Source: Myxococcota bacterium (lineage in GTDB: Bacteria; Myxococcota_A; Polyangia; Polyangiales; Sandaracinaceae). From it: 20,054 nucleotides of DNA. Below, in pieces: positions 16,359-20,054 of this stretch. The notes below the pieces were generated by a model, which did no database searches, had not been told where the DNA came from, and worked only from the letters and a program-made list of their open reading frames with translations. The translations under genes and the position numbers were made by a program. The first letter of the stretch is position 1. Each line of letters opens with the position of its first letter. The stretch is from contig JAYZQJ010000172.1 in NCBI GenBank assembly GCA_036149055.1, positions 1 through 20,054 on the forward strand. The letters are read 5' to 3'.

Positions 16359-18002
16359 ATGACCCGACGCGCCCTCACCGTGCTCGCCTGCCTCGCCCTC
16401 GCCGCCCCCGCGGCTCTCACCGGCTGCGCCGTCGCCCCGGCGCCCGCCGACGTGGCCGACGGCGTCGTCGTGCCGAACGGCAAGGAGGACGACTTCCTCA
16501 GCCTCTCGGCCTCCGAGTTCGTGGTGAGCGGCCGGGCCACCGTGCGGCTCGAGGCCGAGTACGCCGAGGCCGACGAGGAGACCCGCCTCGCGCGGCTGCG
16601 GGAGCTGGCCGGCTATCAGCAGGTCGCGATCAGCTGGTTCCTCAACCAGTACCTGGTCGACAAGCACGACGGGGACGCCAACGAGGAGTACGGCGGCTTC
16701 GGGGCCATGGCGCGCGCGAACACCTACGACTCCCTCGCCTTCGAGACCGAGGACGGCGAGACCTACAGCTTCTACTTCGAGCAGCTCGTCGCCGGCCGCC
16801 GTGACCTGATCTCGCAGCTCGAGACCGAGCGCGGCGAGGACGGGGAGCGCGTCTTCACCCTCGAGATCGGCACGCCGAGCAACGAGGAGCTGGCCCGGCT
16901 CGAGACCAACCACGAGTGGTACCGCAGCGCGCCGTGGAGCCCGTGGAACCCGGCGACCGTCGACCCGGAGCGCAAGACCGATCTGCGCCTCGCGATTCGC
17001 CCCGAGGTCGAGAGCGAGGACGCGTGGTTCGACTTCGCGGCGATGATGGAGGACGGCGTCCTCGACATCGACGTGCACTTCGGCTGGGACTACCACGACG
17101 CCTACCACGTGCGGCACGCCGAGGCGCTCTTCGGCTGGCTGGAGCGCGAGGGCTTCGCCAAGCCGGTGGAGACCTTCGCCGAGCTCGACCGCACCAGCGG
17201 CCCCTTCACCCGCACCGTGCTCGTCGGCGGGCGCGAGGTGCAGGTCGAGGTCCGCCTCTTCTACGGTCACGAGGGCGGCGAGACCGACCCCGACACCGAC
17301 GCCGGCGGGCGCGTGCTCGAGGACGACATGCGCGCCAGCCTCGCGAGCCGCGACGTCATCATGTACTCGGGCCACAGCGGGCCCTTCTACGGGTTCGCGC
17401 TCGGCAACTGGCGCACGACCGCCGAGGGAGACCTCGACGACAGCGAGATGCGCACCGTGGAGATGCCGGCCGAGCGCTACCAGCTCATCGTCGCCGAGGG
17501 CTGCGACACCTACCAGATCGGCGAGGCGTTCCGGAACAACCCCGCCAAGCCCGGCGGCCGCTACGTGGACATCGTCACCACGACCGCGCCCTCCAACGCC
17601 TCCACCAGCGCGGCCGTCCAGGACGTCATCGCCCAGCTCACCCGCGAGAACGCGGCCGCCGAGCACGACCCGCAGCCCATCCGCGCGCTGCTCCGTGACC
17701 TCGACTCGAACAGCTACTGGTTCCACACGATGTACGGCGTGCACGGCATCGACGACAACCCGCAGCTGCACCCGTGGGCCGAGGTCGAGAACGCCTGCCT
17801 CGCCTGCGAGTCCGACGCCGACTGCGGCGGCGCCGGCAACCGCTGCGTCGGCATGGACGGCGGCGCGCGGGCGTGCGCGCCGAGCTGCACCACCGACGCG
17901 GGCTGCGGCGAGGGCTACCTCTGCCGCGACGTGGCGAGCCGCTCGACGCGCGCGGTCTACGACGCGGTCTGCGTGCCGGCCGGCCTCACCTGCGGCGGCT
18001 GA
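16359..18002 (+). CDS. Uncharacterised lipoprotein with a clan-CD-like His/Cys motif pair and C-terminal Cys-rich domain (547 aa)
   Basis: Lipobox ALTGC, GKEDD after the linker, DVIMYSGHSG and LIVAEGCDTY, C-terminal CESDADCGG...CTTDAGCGEGYLC. Confidence 0.82.
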   Translation: MTRRALTVLACLALAAPAALTGCAVAPAPADVADGVVVPNGKEDDFLSLSASEFVVSGRATVRLEAEYAEADEETRLARLRELAGYQQVAISWFLNQYLVDKHDGDANEEYGGFGAMARANTYDSLAFETEDGETYSFYFEQLVAGRRDLISQLETERGEDGERVFTLEIGTPSNEELARLETNHEWYRSAPWSPWNPATVDPERKTDLRLAIRPEVESEDAWFDFAAMMEDGVLDIDVHFGWDYHDAYHVRHAEALFGWLEREGFAKPVETFAELDRTSGPFTRTVLVGGREVQVEVRLFYGHEGGETDPDTDAGGRVLEDDMRASLASRDVIMYSGHSGPFYGFALGNWRTTAEGDLDDSEMRTVEMPAERYQLIVAEGCDTYQIGEAFRNNPAKPGGRYVDIVTTTAPSNASTSAAVQDVIAQLTRENAAAEHDPQPIRALLRDLDSNSYWFHTMYGVHGIDDNPQLHPWAEVENACLACESDADCGGAGNRCVGMDGGARACAPSCTTDAGCGEGYLCRDVASRSTRAVYDAVCVPAGLTCGG

Positions 18003-19695
18003 CGCGGCGGAACCGGCGCGCCAGCCACATGAAGAGGAGCCCGCCGAGCGCGCCGCCCTGCACCGGCGCCATGCCGGCCACGGTGCAGAAGCCGCAGCCG
18101 CTGCTCCGGGGAGGCGGCTCCTCCTCCGCGCAGCTTCGCGGGGCGTCCGAGGGGATTCTGCCGCGCGTCGCGCAGTAGGCCTCGTCGGTGGGCGCCGGCT
18201 GCCCCGCCGAGACGAGCACGCGCTCCCCGCTCGGGAGCACGTCGTAGAGGGGGGCGCCTTCGCGGAAGTGATCGCCGTCGCACTCCCGCACCTGGGTCAT
18301 CACGCGCACGTTCGGCACGTCGCTCAGGCCAGAGTCGAGGTGGAACACGGGGTCGACCGTCATGTCGGCGGCGCTCATCGTCGTGAACAGGCGCGTCAGG
18401 TAACCGTGCCTTCGGACGAGCGCCTCGGCCTCGGCGCTGGCCTGGGTGATCTCCGCGTCGATGGCTTCGGTGAGACCCACCGGGTCGAACGACGTGGGAG
18501 CGCCACACCGCTCGACGCTCTGCCGCATCAGGCAGTTGGCGTACGCGGCCGCGGCCTCCCCGGGCGGCGGCTCCAGGTGACGGCGCACGAGCCGGAGGAG
18601 CTCGGCGGTGCCGGCGTACCCGCGCGCCAACAGCTCTCGGAGATACGACGCCGGGTCGCTGATGCGCTCCATGCCCTCGACGCTGCTCAGGCGCAGCGAC
18701 AGCGCGGGAGTGGGGCCCGCGTACTCGGTCACGAAGGCGCGCCCGTCCATCTCGTCGACGCGCCGTGAGACGTGCTCCGTCCAGCTTCGTCCGGCGGTCC
18801 AGAGCGACCGCTCGTCGGCCGCGTCCTCGATGAGCGAGTAGTTCACCGGCGCGGCGCGGGCGTCGCCGAGGAAGAACGTGGTGATGGGCAGGTCGGGCAC
18901 GGTGGCGATCGCCGTGAGCCGGATCGGCAGGCACGCCTCGTCGGTGGGCATGCGGAGGACGAGGGGCTGGATCATGCGAGTGTCCGCGTCGCTGGAGAGC
19001 CGCACGGCGACGAATGACTGGCCGCTGGCGGCGTAGCTCTCGAGCAGCGGCTCCGACGCGTCGGGGATGTCGTAGCCGTGCTCGTGGAGCCACTCGAGCA
19101 TCTCCCTGGCGTTCAGAGCGCCGAGCACGACGATCTCGTAGGGGCCGACGTCACCACGGGACAGGACGGTGACCGCGCCCCCGTCGGTGACTCCTCCGTC
19201 CGCGACCGGCGGCGCCGCGGCGTCCACCCTCGCGCTCGCGTCGACGTGCCCGCCGCTCCAGCGCGGGTCGGGGTCGTCGGGCGGATCGTAGCTCTCGTCG
19301 AAGCCGCAGCCGCTGGTCTCGTACGTGGGTCCACAATCGTCGGGCTCGACGCACCGCGGCGGGACCCGGCACCGTCCGGAGGTGCGGTAGTGGCGGATGA
19401 AGGCGGGCTCGGTCGCGCGCCGCAGCTCGGTGAAGAGGCGGTCGGTGCCGGTGGTGATCTCGGGCACCGCCGGGACCGGGAGGATCCAGGCGAAGTCGTC
19501 GTCGTCGCCGGAGTAGCGGATCTGTACCGCCATCGTCAGGGTGCCGTCCGCCTCGATGCCGTAGACGATGGTCTCGCCGGCCTGGTCGATGGGGGACGAC
19601 GAGCAGAAGAAGCCGCCGCAGGCGGAGGCTCGTGGGGTGAACAGGGCGAGCGCGCAGGTGAACGCGGCGCCCGCCAGCGCCAGGGTCGATCTCAT
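17986..19695 (-). CDS. DUF2330-family secreted protein with MYXO-CTERM-like C-terminal anchor
   Basis: Signal peptide then ACGGFFC, IDQAGETI, FAWILPVP, VGPYEIVVL, WLHEHGY, LPIRLTAIA, YLTRLFTTMS; tail SSGCGFC + hydrophobic stretch + RRFRRVSRRR. GGAGG upstream favours ATG 19695 over GTG 19701. Confidence 0.88.
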   Translation of the reverse strand: MRSTLALAGAAFTCALALFTPRASACGGFFCSSSPIDQAGETIVYGIEADGTLTMAVQIRYSGDDDDFAWILPVPAVPEITTGTDRLFTELRRATEPAFIRHYRTSGRCRVPPRCVEPDDCGPTYETSGCGFDESYDPPDDPDPRWSGGHVDASARVDAAAPPVADGGVTDGGAVTVLSRGDVGPYEIVVLGALNAREMLEWLHEHGYDIPDASEPLLESYAASGQSFVAVRLSSDADTRMIQPLVLRMPTDEACLPIRLTAIATVPDLPITTFFLGDARAAPVNYSLIEDAADERSLWTAGRSWTEHVSRRVDEMDGRAFVTEYAGPTPALSLRLSSVEGMERISDPASYLRELLARGYAGTAELLRLVRRHLEPPPGEAAAAYANCLMRQSVERCGAPTSFDPVGLTEAIDAEITQASAEAEALVRRHGYLTRLFTTMSAADMTVDPVFHLDSGLSDVPNVRVMTQVRECDGDHFREGAPLYDVLPSGERVLVSAGQPAPTDEAYCATRGRIPSDAPRSCAEEEPPPRSSGCGFCTVAGMAPVQGGALGGLLFMWLARRFRRVSRRR

Positions 19696-19739
19696 GGTCA
19701 CACCTCCGGGGAGCGAAGAAAGAAAGCGCTCCCGGGTGT

Positions 19740-19755
19740 TTCAGAGGTCGTGCCA
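19740..19755 (-). promoter_or_regulatory. Possible sigma54-like promoter for the DUF2330 gene
   Basis: Minus strand TGGCACG-ACCT-CTGAA: perfect -24 box, imperfect -12 box (GA instead of GC). Confidence 0.35.
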
Positions 19756-20008
19756 GGGCCCGCGACCTCGGCTTTTCGGGGCCTGCAGCAAGTGTGGCGC
19801 ACGTTGACATGGCGGCCCGTGAAGCAGGGCCACACGCCTCGGTGCTGAGCTCCCCCCGTGAGGGGGATGGTCATCGCGCTCGGCGTCGTGCTCGGCGCGG
19901 CGTGCCAGCAGCCGGCGACCCAGTTTTCGGAGGGGGCATGCGCCCCCTCCCGCCCGACCGGCAAAGCCGGCTCGGGCTCCCACCCCATCCCACGCGCTCA
20001 CGCGCGTG

Positions 20009-20037
20009 GAAGCTGCGGCAATATTTGCCGCATCTTC
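20009..20037. promoter_or_regulatory. Palindromic operator-like site or hairpin
   Basis: GAAG-c-TGCGGCAA-TAT-TTGCCGCA-t-CTTC: 8-bp perfect inverted repeat extended by 4 more pairs after one mismatch. Confidence 0.55.
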
Positions 20038-20054
20038 AGCTCGAAGCCCTGGCC

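Noticed and set aside
14949..17771. N-terminal extension making a 1498-aa minus-strand ORF
   Set aside because: It overlaps the HEAT gene in another frame and is antisense to the 16359-18002 lipoprotein; the real protein starts at the lipoprotein signal at 14948.
19804..19809. Perfect TTGACA -35 hexamer on the plus strand
   Set aside because: No -10-like hexamer 16-18 bp downstream.
19840..19975. Riboswitch (TPP or c-di-GMP-I) suggested by GGTGCTGAG and GGCAAAGCC
   Set aside because: The remaining conserved motifs are absent, and the motifs lie on the strand opposite the adjacent DUF2330 gene.

Overview
Very GC-rich, densely coding window of an accessory/housekeeping mosaic, probably from a myxobacterium (inferred from lipoprotein-rich gene content, Cys-rich repeat proteins, DUF2330 with a MYXO-CTERM-like tail). 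It holds 15 likely genes in this order: Zn-independent quinone-oxidoreductase-like MDR protein, Fpg/Nei glycosylase, two coupled lipoproteins with heme-c-type motifs, argS, GNAT acetyltransferase, DUF4833-like protein, aroC, SGNH hydrolase, PAS hybrid histidine kinase, lipase-like hydrolase, Cys-rich repeat lipoprotein, HEAT-repeat protein, a lipoprotein with a His/Cys dyad, and a DUF2330 protein. I see no rRNA, tRNA, transposase or real CRISPR array, and no single large novel system is evident. Best leads: a plant/fungal-type zinc-finger-less Fpg; a 171-bp element bounded by 23-bp inverted repeats; an octamer-triplet-bounded structured cassette at the left edge; the putative surface cytochrome pair; a clan-CD-peptidase-like lipoprotein behind a sigma54-like promoter; a +1 frameshift in a G5 run splitting the kinase; and a recurring leaderless-promoter signature. 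All family calls are from motif recognition by eye, not from database searches.
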